The translations under genes were made by a program, and so were the position numbers. A stretch of 53,550 nt of DNA from a virus, in the IMG/VR virus record IMGVR_UViG_3300035542_000019. One strand, written 5' to 3'. Below, piece after piece: positions 44,059-53,314 of the stretch (position 1 is its first letter; each line of letters begins with the position of its first letter). The notes under the pieces were generated by a model, which saw only the letters and a program-made list of their open reading frames with translations, searched no databases and was not told the origin of the DNA.

Positions 44059-44098
44059 TAAATAAAACTAACATCGGCCAATCGGAAGGGGGGTCATT

Positions 44099-44878
44099 AT
44101 GAAAAACGAAGATAATCTATACTACGGCTGCAATAGGATAGAGATACCGGAAGGATACGACCCTTACGATATGGACCTTAAAAAGCAGCTAAACGAAAAA
44201 GCGGACGAAATGAACCGTATACACTTTATCAGAAAAAAGCCGGTACTATCCTGCGGGGCGAAAAAGCGGGGTACAGATGGCTTTTGCCAGCAGTACGCAG
44301 GACAGGGTACGGACCATATAGGGTACGGACGCTGTAAGAACCACGGCGGCAGCAGCACGGGACCGAGAAGCGCGGAAGGTAAGGCGGCTTCGTCCCAAAA
44401 CTCACGGGTACACGGCCTGTATTCTAAAGTTATGCTGCCGAAGGAACGGGCCATATACGAAGAACTGCTGGAAGCTGGCGGCGAAGCCCTGGGCCTTAAG
44501 CACGAAATTCTAATGATGAAGGCTAAGATTATCCTATACCTAGGTAAGTGGGCCGACCGGTGGAAGGATATAGCGGAAAAAGAAGGCGACGGACCGGCCG
44601 ACGATAAAACCAAGGTATGGTTTAACGAAGGCGAAACGGGTAAGGCGAGGAACTACTACCATGCCGGTACCATCGAGGACCGAACGCTGGACAGGGCGCT
44701 TAACACGCTGCGAAGGCTGGTAGACGCTTATAGCAAAATGAACCCGGAACAGGGCGACGACCTGCTTAAGTCCATTAACCAGGAACTAAGGGCAGCGTCC
44801 TACGGCCAGGTAAGCGTAAGCTGGGGCGGCAGCGCACAGGCGAAAGGGGGCGTAGATAATGACGACGCCGACGAGTAA
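44099..44878 (+). CDS. terS: Terminase small subunit candidate
   Basis: 259 aa, upstream of TerL. CKNHGGSSTGPRSAEGKAASSQNSRVHGLYS resembles the G.N..HG.YS repeats I associate with some small terminases. Confidence 0.55.
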   Translation: MKNEDNLYYGCNRIEIPEGYDPYDMDLKKQLNEKADEMNRIHFIRKKPVLSCGAKKRGTDGFCQQYAGQGTDHIGYGRCKNHGGSSTGPRSAEGKAASSQNSRVHGLYSKVMLPKERAIYEELLEAGGEALGLKHEILMMKAKIILYLGKWADRWKDIAEKEGDGPADDKTKVWFNEGETGKARNYYHAGTIEDRTLDRALNTLRRLVDAYSKMNPEQGDDLLKSINQELRAASYGQVSVSWGGSAQAKGGVDNDDADE

Positions 44879-44996
44879 CCAGGGCAAGCTACAGCAGGCC
44901 AAGGCGATTTTAAAGGCCCGGGGAATGAAGCCCCAGGACTACAACCACCTGGGCTATAGGGAAATCTTGAAACTGGCGGGGGTAAAGAATGAGTAA
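44859..44996 (+). CDS. Small protein (45 aa, MTTPTSNQGKLQQAKAILKARGMKPQDYNHLGYREILKLAGVKNE)
   Basis: SD gaaaggggg 8 nt upstream. Overlaps terS and the next ORF. Not in the track (<60 aa). Confidence 0.45.
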   Translation: MTTPTSNQGKLQQAKAILKARGMKPQDYNHLGYREILKLAGVKNE

Positions 44997-45171
44997 GGAC
45001 CCATGCAAAGGCTGTATATGTAGTACCTGCGAGTTAAGCGAGAAGCAGGGACACCTATACGGCTGTAAAAAAAGACGCTGCCAAGCGTGCAGCGAAAACA
45101 GGTACCTGCGACTTACCTACTGCCCCGACAGCCTGCCAATAGAGGAAAAGGGGGAAGTAATAAGGCTATGA
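44989..45171 (+). CDS. Cys-rich mini-protein (60 aa, 9 Cys) between terS and terL
   Basis: CKGCICSTC ... C ... CQAC ... C. ATGAGTAA overlap upstream and ATGA overlap with terL. Confidence 0.55.
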   Translation: MSKDPCKGCICSTCELSEKQGHLYGCKKRRCQACSENRYLRLTYCPDSLPIEEKGEVIRL

Positions 45172-46856
45172 TAGAGGGAAACCTAGCTTACAAGTCTACG
45201 GAATTCGAATATAAGGCGGATATCGACCCTATAAGCGGCGCGCCTACGCTGGTAGCCGTACCGAAAACCGTAAAGGCTGCTAAAGCTGGCGTCCCTTATA
45301 ACGCGATAGCCGATATTACCGACCTATTCAAACGTGAGAACATACGCGAAGCCTGGCGACTGATACGGAAGAACGACCCGTACGACTACCAGGTAGAAAT
45401 CGCGGACGCCATCATATACAGCGCACTAAACGGCCTGGGCTGGTACTTCGTAGTCATGGTAACGCGCCAGGCCGGTAAAAACGAAATAAGCGCCTTCGTG
45501 CAGCAGTACCTTTTACTTTACGGCCACTTTTTCGGGCAGCCGGTAAGCGGGGTCAAATTCGCACCGGTACATAAGCCGCAGGTACAGGCTTCCATGGACC
45601 GATTAGAGGGCGCGGCCACGGCAGACAGTGGCGGCCTGGCGGGAAGCGTGCTTACGAAAACCCGCTGGTCGAAATCAGACGGCTACAAGTACCATATAGG
45701 ACCGGCCCGGGACGGTAATAAATGGGCCTTCCTAAGTATCAACCCGTCCGCTAACGTGGCTTCGCAGACAGCCTTTACACTGCTGGAAGGTGACGAAGCC
45801 CAGGACATAGACGCGAATAAGTGGGAACGGGACGCGCAGCCCATGGGGTCCTTTAACAATGCTACGACGGTCTTATGGGGCGTAGCCTGGACAAAGGAAA
45901 GCTTTATCTACCAGGGTATGCAGCAGGCCCTGGATATGGAACAGCGCTTAGAAGCACAGCTGGGGTACCGCCCTAAGCTGGTCTTTAAGATTGACGCCCA
46001 CCGGGTTATCGCGTCGGGTAACGAGAACTACCAAAAGGCTTTCGAGAACCAGGTAGCAAGACTGGGTAAGGACCATATCGCAATACAGACCCAGTACCTG
46101 CTTAATTTTATAGACAGTATCGGTAAATTCTTTAGCCATGAACAGCTGGCGCGGATATTCGCAGGCACCCAAAAGCCGAGAGTAGGCCCGGAACCCGGGA
46201 AAATCTACATATGGGCGCTTGACGCTGCCGGCCAGGAAGAAGAACTAACCACGGTAGACGAATTCGCGGTAGGCGAGCATAAACGCGACGCCGTGGACCT
46301 GGTGATAGGGGAACTAAAGAAGGACGGTACGATTATACCGGTATGCTTTTACCAGTGGGTCGGACAGGCCCATAGCAAGCTTAGGGAACTGATACCTAAG
46401 ATACTAAAGCACTGGGGAACCATCGGCGGCAGCGGTGACGCTACGGGAATCGGGGAACCCCTGGTATACTACCTTAAGGAAATACTGACTAACCAGGAAG
46501 TAGAAGCCTACAAGTTTAAGGCCCACGGCGACGAGAACAAAAGCAAGCTGGGGTACCTGGCCTACGAGTACGTGAAAAGCGACCTTTTCAAAATGCCACG
46601 TAGACCGGTGGACGACCCCGAGCAGGCCGAGTTATGGGACGAAGCCCGCTGGCAGCTGGAAAACTTGATACGAGAAGCGAAAAAGGAACAAAAGATAAAC
46701 TGGTACGTACCCGGGAACGCGAAACCACGCAAGCCGGGCCACGTAGCCCATGACGATATGGCGACAGCTTTATTTTTACTTATGCGGGCCGCGTTTATGA
46801 TTAAGAACCCTGGCGCGCGTAAGGCGGCGGCTTTTGACCGCAGCGAAGTAATCTAA
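45168..46856 (+). CDS. terL: Terminase large subunit
   Basis: 562 aa from the ATG coupled (ctATGAtag) to the upstream stop. VTRQAGKNEIS is Walker A-like and LLEGDEAQD is Walker B. Followed by the portal gene. Confidence 0.8.
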   Translation: MIEGNLAYKSTEFEYKADIDPISGAPTLVAVPKTVKAAKAGVPYNAIADITDLFKRENIREAWRLIRKNDPYDYQVEIADAIIYSALNGLGWYFVVMVTRQAGKNEISAFVQQYLLLYGHFFGQPVSGVKFAPVHKPQVQASMDRLEGAATADSGGLAGSVLTKTRWSKSDGYKYHIGPARDGNKWAFLSINPSANVASQTAFTLLEGDEAQDIDANKWERDAQPMGSFNNATTVLWGVAWTKESFIYQGMQQALDMEQRLEAQLGYRPKLVFKIDAHRVIASGNENYQKAFENQVARLGKDHIAIQTQYLLNFIDSIGKFFSHEQLARIFAGTQKPRVGPEPGKIYIWALDAAGQEEELTTVDEFAVGEHKRDAVDLVIGELKKDGTIIPVCFYQWVGQAHSKLRELIPKILKHWGTIGGSGDATGIGEPLVYYLKEILTNQEVEAYKFKAHGDENKSKLGYLAYEYVKSDLFKMPRRPVDDPEQAELWDEARWQLENLIREAKKEQKINWYVPGNAKPRKPGHVAHDDMATALFLLMRAAFMIKNPGARKAAAFDRSEVI

Positions 46857-46874
46857 AACAAAGGGGGTAATCGA

Positions 46875-48458
46875 ATGGCTGTAACAAGTACACCACCGGC
46901 GGCGTTATCGAGCCTGCCGCGCGTGAGCCTGGAAGCGGCGCAAGACTGGGCGCAAGCTAACGGCAGATGGATAAAGCTTATGCTGGACCAGCACGCCGCA
47001 TGGATAGAAGAAGCCGAAGTAGAGAAATACCAGGCCGCGTACGACGGGTACCTGGAAAGCGTAGACACCAGGGACAAGGCCCGGGGCGACGATACGAATT
47101 ATAAGATATTCGTAAACCTGGCCCAGCTGATTATCGACGTGGCGGTGGACTACATCATAGCGAAGCCGCCCGTATGGACCGTATACGATTCAGACCTGGA
47201 AAAGGGGAAGAAGGAACCGGAGATACTGGAAGAATTCCGTAAGAAGCTGCTAAAGAAGCTAAGGACGGAACAAGCCCAGCGCGTACTTGCCGAGCAGCTG
47301 CGCCAGGGCAGTATCGCCTTTTACAGCCCGGTTATATGCTGGGTAGACGAAAAGGGTAATATCGACTTCGAGGAATTCCCGGTACAGGAAGTAATACCGG
47401 TCTACGATACAAGGGGCCGCCTGGTAATGGTCCTACGTAGGTATGAAATGGAAGTAGCCACCGACGCGGGTACCGAAAAGTATACGCGGGTAGATGTTTA
47501 CGACGATAGGTATATCACGTACTACCGCAGCAACGAAACAGGCGACGGCTACGTACTGGACGATACGGAAATCGAAACAGGTAACCCTATCGAGCATAAG
47601 GCCGGCCGTATCCCGGTAAGCGTGTTCACGAATGGAACCGCAGCCAGGTACAGCAGGCGGGTAAAGCGTGCTGGTACGTCGGACCTGGAAAGCGTCTTTA
47701 GCATTATCGACGCCTACGCCAATGCAGTAAGCGACAAGGCGAACCTGGTAGACTACCTACAGGACCAGTACCTTAAGCTTAAGGGCGTGGATACCGACGA
47801 AAAAGAAGTAATCAAAATGCGAAAGGCTAGGGCCATCGCGCTTAAGTCGAAGGACAGCGACGCGGAATTTATCGCCCAGGACCAAAGCGACACGGCGGTA
47901 GAGAACTACCTAAAGCGCCTGGAAGATTTAAGCTACGATACGACCTTTACGCCGAAGCTGAACGACCTACAGGGGGCAACGGCTACCGAAATCAAAATGA
48001 AGTACGCGAACCTGGATATCAAGGCCGGGAAGAAGGAAACGTACTTCACGACGGCGATTAACGACTTTATCGCTATCGTAACGGACCTAATGAACGCCGA
48101 GAAGCTGGTAGCGGCTGGCGTGGAAAGTCCTTACGAGATTCTAAGCGACCCCGAAGCCATGGAAAAGCGCGACGACCTATATAATGCAGAGTGGGTACAG
48201 TTTACCCTTAAACGAAATATGCCGCAGAACTACAAGGAAATAGCGGATATCGTAAGCCTGCTTATCGACAAGGTACCGGACGCTTACCTGTACGAACTCT
48301 TATGGTTTATCGACGACCCGGTGGCTGCCCTGGAAGAAATGAAGGCGCAGCGAGAGGAAAGGGCAAAGCTGGAAGCACAGACGAGCCTAACCGCGCTGGG
48401 GTACGGCGGAGAATTCGCGAACCTTGAAGGGGAAAATAACGAGGAAGGCGAAGAATAA
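46875..48458 (+). CDS. Portal protein
   Basis: 527 aa, directly after terL and before the MuF/gp7-like gene. Acidic C-terminus. Confidence 0.75.
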   Translation: MAVTSTPPAALSSLPRVSLEAAQDWAQANGRWIKLMLDQHAAWIEEAEVEKYQAAYDGYLESVDTRDKARGDDTNYKIFVNLAQLIIDVAVDYIIAKPPVWTVYDSDLEKGKKEPEILEEFRKKLLKKLRTEQAQRVLAEQLRQGSIAFYSPVICWVDEKGNIDFEEFPVQEVIPVYDTRGRLVMVLRRYEMEVATDAGTEKYTRVDVYDDRYITYYRSNETGDGYVLDDTEIETGNPIEHKAGRIPVSVFTNGTAARYSRRVKRAGTSDLESVFSIIDAYANAVSDKANLVDYLQDQYLKLKGVDTDEKEVIKMRKARAIALKSKDSDAEFIAQDQSDTAVENYLKRLEDLSYDTTFTPKLNDLQGATATEIKMKYANLDIKAGKKETYFTTAINDFIAIVTDLMNAEKLVAAGVESPYEILSDPEAMEKRDDLYNAEWVQFTLKRNMPQNYKEIADIVSLLIDKVPDAYLYELLWFIDDPVAALEEMKAQREERAKLEAQTSLTALGYGGEFANLEGENNEEGEE

Positions 48459-48471
48459 GGGGGCGTAGGCT

Positions 48472-50595
48472 ATGGCTGGAATAAGCAAACGCGTATTAGC
48501 CCGAAGGCAGAAAGACCTAGAAGGCTTTACGGAATACTACCAGGGGCGGCTTGATAAACTGGCCGCCGAAAAAGCGAAATCACTAGCCCCGGCCTGGCAG
48601 CGCATGACGAAGCAGATAGAAAAGCAGGTAGCGGACCTTTATTTTAAAGTGGGCGCCATGGACGACCCCACAAAGATAACGGCCCTTAACTATAAAGGCG
48701 CCAGGCTTGAAGCCCTGGCTAAGCAGCTGGAAAAGGACCTACAGCTGGGGGGAATCATCAAAAGCGAAACCGAGAAAATGGTACCGGTATTTACGGACGC
48801 CATAAGCGCGGGCTTCGAAGATGGCTACTACTTCCAGGCCTGGGGGCTTGAACAGGCGGCGAAAGTCGGGGTAAACGTCCCGCTTTTAAGTAAGGCGAAC
48901 GTATTAGGCGTTATCGTTAACCCGTGGCTACCGGACGGCGCGAACTACAGCAGCCGAATAAGGGCTAACGCGGACTTTATCGCGAAGAAAGCGCGCGAGA
49001 AGGTGGCTGAAGCCGTTAAAAATGGCTGGTCGGTGAACGAAGCAGCCCGGGCCATGCGTGACGTGACCGGGGAAGGCTACTTCCGAAACGTCGCCCTTAT
49101 GCGGACCGAGTTAAACAGGGCCGCGGCACTGGGTAGCAGCTATTTAGGCATGGAAAACGCCGATATATGCGACGCCAAGCGGTGGAACGCGACCCTAGAC
49201 ATAAGAACGGCCCCTAAAGACAGGGATAACGACGGTAAACAGTACGACCTGGACTACGATACACCGGGTAATCCTGGCGTAGCCGGGCAGCGGATACCGA
49301 ATCATACGAATTGTCGCTGCAAGTGGACCCTGGTACTAAGCGCCCTGGGCGTAAGCACCAAGGAAAGGATAGCGAGAAGCGGCGATACGAAGGACAGCTG
49401 GGGCGAGAACGTCTACACGAAGGCCAGGACCTACGACGAGTACGCCGAGAAGCGCGGTCTACCGCCGGCTAAGGAACTGCTGGAAAGGGACAACTTCAAA
49501 AGCTACCTACGACCCGGCGAAACCATGGAAGCCTTTAACCGAAAGGTAACACGGTGGCAGACAGCCGGCGGCGCGGTCACTACAGCCCGCCCAGCATGGG
49601 ACAAGGTGAACAAGACCGAGTTAAAGGCAGCTGCCGAAGGTAAGACAGGCGACGAGTGGGACGAAATCATAAAGGCCAAGGTAGCCCAGGGGGTCGAGAA
49701 TGAAGCGGACGTACGCGAGGTAGGCGCTATACTGCGTAAGCAGGTAGAAGCCGAGGACAAGGCCCTAAAGGCCGCCAGGGACAAGCTGGACCTGGAACGC
49801 GACGAACTGGAAGAACTTATGGCCGAAGCGCAGCTTAAGGCTATGGGCGGTACAGATAAAGCAGCGGTTAAGCGTTACGAGGAACTAAAGGAACAGCTTA
49901 CCGAGAAAATAAAAGCGGTAGACGAGATTAACGACAAGCTGGCGACAAAACGCGGCGAAAGACTTAAGGAAATGCTGGCGAAGGTTCGACAAGTAGGCCC
50001 TGCAGGCACAGAACAGCCGTATATAAAGCGCAGCAGCGTACCCTACAAGAAGGAAATAGACAACGTACGCGAGTACCTGCCTACAGACTGGGTTAAGGCT
50101 TCCAATACCCGGCCGATGAAGGTAAAGAAAGGGCAGCGTGGTTACTACCAGGAAGCAAAATTTAAAGACGAGGAAGCGCTAAGCAGGGCGGGTTACTCAC
50201 TTAGACAGCTGGAACGTGCCAAGCGAATGGACCTTTACGAGGATACCATAGCGCTAAGCGGCAGGGGCAGCAGTCTAAAGCGTACAGCCTTCCACGAAAT
50301 GGGCCACCGAATGGAAGATATGATACCGAATATCAGACGCCTAGAGCATGAATTTTACCAAAGGCGGACAGCCGGCGACGAATTAAAATGGCTGGGGGGC
50401 GGCTATTCGAGAAGTGAAACGGCCCGCTTCGATAAATTCCTGCGTAAGTACATGGGTAAGGACTACGGTAACAAGCCGGACAGCTACTACGAACTTTTAA
50501 GCATGGGGCTAGAAGGCATTTATACAGGCAGCGTTAACGTACTGGACGATACAGACTATGCGGACTTTATCTACGGCCTGCTGGCATCGCAGTAA
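48472..50595 (+). CDS. MuF/SPP1 gp7-like head morphogenesis protein with long C-terminal extension carrying HExxH
   Basis: RIPNHTNCRCKW is the gp7/MuF-family motif. A coiled-coil linker follows. TAFHEMGHRME (HEMGH at 50293-50307) lies in the last ~200 aa. Confidence 0.7.
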   Translation: MAGISKRVLARRQKDLEGFTEYYQGRLDKLAAEKAKSLAPAWQRMTKQIEKQVADLYFKVGAMDDPTKITALNYKGARLEALAKQLEKDLQLGGIIKSETEKMVPVFTDAISAGFEDGYYFQAWGLEQAAKVGVNVPLLSKANVLGVIVNPWLPDGANYSSRIRANADFIAKKAREKVAEAVKNGWSVNEAARAMRDVTGEGYFRNVALMRTELNRAAALGSSYLGMENADICDAKRWNATLDIRTAPKDRDNDGKQYDLDYDTPGNPGVAGQRIPNHTNCRCKWTLVLSALGVSTKERIARSGDTKDSWGENVYTKARTYDEYAEKRGLPPAKELLERDNFKSYLRPGETMEAFNRKVTRWQTAGGAVTTARPAWDKVNKTELKAAAEGKTGDEWDEIIKAKVAQGVENEADVREVGAILRKQVEAEDKALKAARDKLDLERDELEELMAEAQLKAMGGTDKAAVKRYEELKEQLTEKIKAVDEINDKLATKRGERLKEMLAKVRQVGPAGTEQPYIKRSSVPYKKEIDNVREYLPTDWVKASNTRPMKVKKGQRGYYQEAKFKDEEALSRAGYSLRQLERAKRMDLYEDTIALSGRGSSLKRTAFHEMGHRMEDMIPNIRRLEHEFYQRRTAGDELKWLGGGYSRSETARFDKFLRKYMGKDYGNKPDSYYELLSMGLEGIYTGSVNVLDDTDYADFIYGLLASQ

Positions 50596-50608
50596 AGGGG
50601 GTATCGAA

Positions 50609-50890
50609 ATGTTTACGGTAAAAGGCAGGATACGCGGAAAGCCCTACAGCATTACATGGGACGATGGCAAGCTTACCGGTGACGGGCTGGCCGTAGATAT
50701 GACAAAGATACAGGCAGCGGCAAAAGAAGGCCGGCCAGTGGGACCCGTGGGACAGTACACGGAAACCGACCACCTAAAGGACCCGGTTAGCGCCCTGTAT
50801 CTTATCACGAGCGACGTTTTTACGTCGGTAATCGCCATAACGGGGGAAATACCGGAAGCAGACGGCGCCCCCGAAGGCGCGGTAATCTAG
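50609..50890 (+). CDS. Hypothetical protein (93 aa)
   Basis: ATG with SD taaaggggg. The track start at 50558 has no SD and overlaps the upstream gene. Confidence 0.55.
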   Translation: MFTVKGRIRGKPYSITWDDGKLTGDGLAVDMTKIQAAAKEGRPVGPVGQYTETDHLKDPVSALYLITSDVFTSVIAITGEIPEADGAPEGAVI

Positions 50891-50992
50891 GCCCGACCTG
50901 GCAAGGCGTTAAACTGACAGGGGGATATAGCGACCAGCGGCTTACAGCTGGCAAATAAGGCGACGGCCGTAAAACGGAAAGGAAGGTAGACT

Positions 50993-51769
50993 ATGAAAAG
51001 AATCAGAACGCTACAGGAACAGTTAAAAACGGGGAAAATCACGAAGGACCAGTACGAAGCCGAACTTAAAAAGTTACTGGACGATGAATTTATAGACCAG
51101 GACGAACACGACGAAGCGGCAGCCTTCGACCCCGAAGCCGAAAAGCCTATTTTCACACAGGCAGACGTAGACCGTATCGTAGTGGTAAAAGCTACGAAAC
51201 TGGTAAGAAAAGCCCTTAAGGACGCCGGCGTAGACGTGGACGCTTCGAATAAAGACCTACTGGAAACGGTAGCCGACTTAGCGAAGAAGGGCCAGGGCGC
51301 AGGCGACGGCGGTACAGATGGCGCAGCTACAGACCAAGACCTGGCGAAGCTTAAGCAGCTAGAAGGTAAATTACCGAAGCTGGAAAGCCGCGTACAGGAC
51401 CTGGCAGTAGAGAACGCCGTACTTAAGGGACTGGGTGGGAAGCTTAAGGCTGTAAACCCTGTTCAAGTAGTGCGCGCTTTAAAGCTGGACTATATGGACC
51501 TGGTAGAAATCGACGACGAGAGCGGCGAAGCTACCACGAAAAGCGTAGAAACAGCGTTAAAGCGTATCGCGCAGGCAGAGCCTAACCTATTCGAAGCCAC
51601 AGAGGGGGGAGAAGAAGGCGCAGGCGACGACGAAAGCGGTACGGGCTTCAAGGGGAAAGGCCCGGGCGGCGGCACAGCTGGCGGCAGCACTAAGGACCTG
51701 GAAAAGAAAAGGGCCGAAGCTAAGGCCATGCTGGCGAAAACAGGTATCACGTTTCCCGAAACCAAATAA
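50993..51769 (+). CDS. Scaffolding protein
   Basis: 258 aa, charged coiled coil with FTQADVDRIVVVKATKLVRKAL. Lies upstream of the decoration and capsid genes. Confidence 0.65.
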   Translation: MKRIRTLQEQLKTGKITKDQYEAELKKLLDDEFIDQDEHDEAAAFDPEAEKPIFTQADVDRIVVVKATKLVRKALKDAGVDVDASNKDLLETVADLAKKGQGAGDGGTDGAATDQDLAKLKQLEGKLPKLESRVQDLAVENAVLKGLGGKLKAVNPVQVVRALKLDYMDLVEIDDESGEATTKSVETALKRIAQAEPNLFEATEGGEEGAGDDESGTGFKGKGPGGGTAGGSTKDLEKKRAEAKAMLAKTGITFPETK

Positions 51770-51794
51770 CTAAACGAAAGGTAGGTAATTAAAA

Positions 51795-52187
51795 ATGGCT
51801 GATATCACTATCAGAACCCACAGCGCTAGCGCTGCTAAGGAAATCAAGGCAAGCGCGCATTACGCGTACGTAGTAAACGGCATTACCCTGGACGGTAGCA
51901 AATTCGCGACCGGCGAACTTGTCACAGAAGGCCAATGCCTGGTAATGGACGACACTAGCGGCAAGTACGAGAAGTACACGGAATCGACGCCCGGCACTTT
52001 TGAGCCTGGGAAGTCTAACCCCGTGATTCTTGACGAAAGCGTGAAATTCACGGTAGACGACGAGGGAAATAACCCCGACGTAACCGTAGGCCAGGTAATC
52101 GTACACGGTGCGGTACATGCTGGTATGCTTACCGGCGTTACCGACGAATTCAAGAAGGCGCTGGCCGGTAGCGTGCGCTTCGTGTAA
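51795..52187 (+). CDS. Head decoration protein candidate (lambda gpD-like position)
   Basis: 130 aa between the scaffold and major capsid genes. Confidence 0.5.
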   Translation: MADITIRTHSASAAKEIKASAHYAYVVNGITLDGSKFATGELVTEGQCLVMDDTSGKYEKYTESTPGTFEPGKSNPVILDESVKFTVDDEGNNPDVTVGQVIVHGAVHAGMLTGVTDEFKKALAGSVRFV

Positions 52188-52228
52188 GCGACAACTAACT
52201 AAACCAACAACGAAAGGGGTAAATAAAC

Positions 52229-53239
52229 ATGGCTGGACTTGCAAACTTAAGCGATTTTTTCTCTAACCCGCTATTTACCGAAGCGATTCGGGAAGTACCG
52301 GTAGAAGCTAAGTACATCGGGCAAAGATTTTTGCCTATCGAAGAAACTTACGACATTGACTTTAACGAAACAGTGCTTACGCGCCAGGCAGATATGGCGA
52401 ACCTGGTAGACAGCGGCGCCGAACTGCCTTTAACTGACCGCGACCCTGTACGTAGGGTGTCCGGTGAAATTACCGATATCGGTCAAAGCTACATTCTTAC
52501 GAAAAAAGAACTTGCAGCTATGAGCGATAAGGGTAACGAAGGCAAGCGAAAGCTGGCCGTACAGATGGTACTAGGCAAGACCGCACAGGTTAAGCGTAAT
52601 ATCGACGCCCGTATCGAGTGGCTGCGCTGGCAGGCACTGGGTAACGGCGTGCTGGCTTACAACAAGGGCGGTATTATCCTGGGCCAGGACTTCGGCGTAC
52701 CTGCCGAGAACAAGGTAACAGCTGGGACTAAGTGGGACGATACCACGCCTACGATTATCCCGGACTATGAAAGCTGGGTACAGGCGTACATCGACCTTAA
52801 CGGCGAAGTGCCGGACGTATTCGTAACGTCTATTAAGGCGATTCGTGCCGTAATGAACGACGCGAACGTTAGAAAGGCTATTACAGGCCTTAGCGACAAG
52901 CTGGTAACGCTTGACGAACTTAACGACTTCCTGGTAGGCCGTCAAATGCCACGTATGGAAGCCTTCGACGCGACGGTTACTTACCGCGACGTGGAAAGCG
53001 GCGGAAGCCGAGTTACCCAAAGACTGCTTAGCGAGAAAAAGGGCGTTTTCCTTAAGGAAGGCGGCGTAATCGGTAAGCAGCTTCTAGGACCTACGTACGA
53101 AAACGATATGAACCCTGGTATTTACGCGCATACGTTCACTATGCAGCGACCTACTAGGGAAGTCGTGGAAGTCGTAGCGGCTTCGTTCCCGAAAATCCTA
53201 GACCCTAACCTTATCAAAATCGCCAACCTGCTAGTATAG
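52229..53239 (+). CDS. Major capsid protein (lambda gpE-like type)
   Basis: 336 aa with SD gaaagggg. Follows the scaffold and decoration genes and is followed by a stable hairpin. Confidence 0.75.
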   Translation: MAGLANLSDFFSNPLFTEAIREVPVEAKYIGQRFLPIEETYDIDFNETVLTRQADMANLVDSGAELPLTDRDPVRRVSGEITDIGQSYILTKKELAAMSDKGNEGKRKLAVQMVLGKTAQVKRNIDARIEWLRWQALGNGVLAYNKGGIILGQDFGVPAENKVTAGTKWDDTTPTIIPDYESWVQAYIDLNGEVPDVFVTSIKAIRAVMNDANVRKAITGLSDKLVTLDELNDFLVGRQMPRMEAFDATVTYRDVESGGSRVTQRLLSEKKGVFLKEGGVIGKQLLGPTYENDMNPGIYAHTFTMQRPTREVVEVVAASFPKILDPNLIKIANLLV

Positions 53240-53256
53240 GGGTATGGCAGCTAATT

Positions 53257-53284
53257 AAGGGGCGTACTATAGGCTACGCCCCTT
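53257..53284 (+). terminator. Stem-loop after the capsid gene (partial terminator or mRNA stabiliser)
   Basis: aaggggcgta / tacgcccctt 10-bp perfect stem with an 8-nt loop. The downstream T-tract is poor. Confidence 0.4.
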
Positions 53285-53314
53285 TATCAATTCAAAACGA
53301 AAGGGGCGTATAGT

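Noticed and set aside
43917-44102. 61-aa ORF (TTG start) in the leader upstream of terS
   Set aside because: It has no SD and a Pro/Arg-rich composition, and it spans the terminator hairpin and the long-range inverted repeat. The region is better explained as structured non-coding sequence.
45087-45167. Upstream GTG start for the large terminase (track ORF 45087..46856)
   Set aside because: The 27 extra codons overlap the Cys-rich ORF in another frame and lack an SD. The ATG at 45168 is coupled to the upstream stop (ATGA), and the protein begins sensibly there.
331-53020. All minus-strand ORFs in the track, for example 331..684, 3673..4167, 4750..5355, 5836..6429, 24665..25237, 36266..36748, 37143..37616, 37613..38053, 44164..44613, 51789..52244 and 52571..53020
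   Set aside because: Each lies antisense to a plus-strand gene with strong motif, SD and synteny support. None has an SD-like sequence upstream. Their compositions (Ser/Leu/Arg/Cys-rich) look like shadow frames. The genome appears strictly unidirectional.
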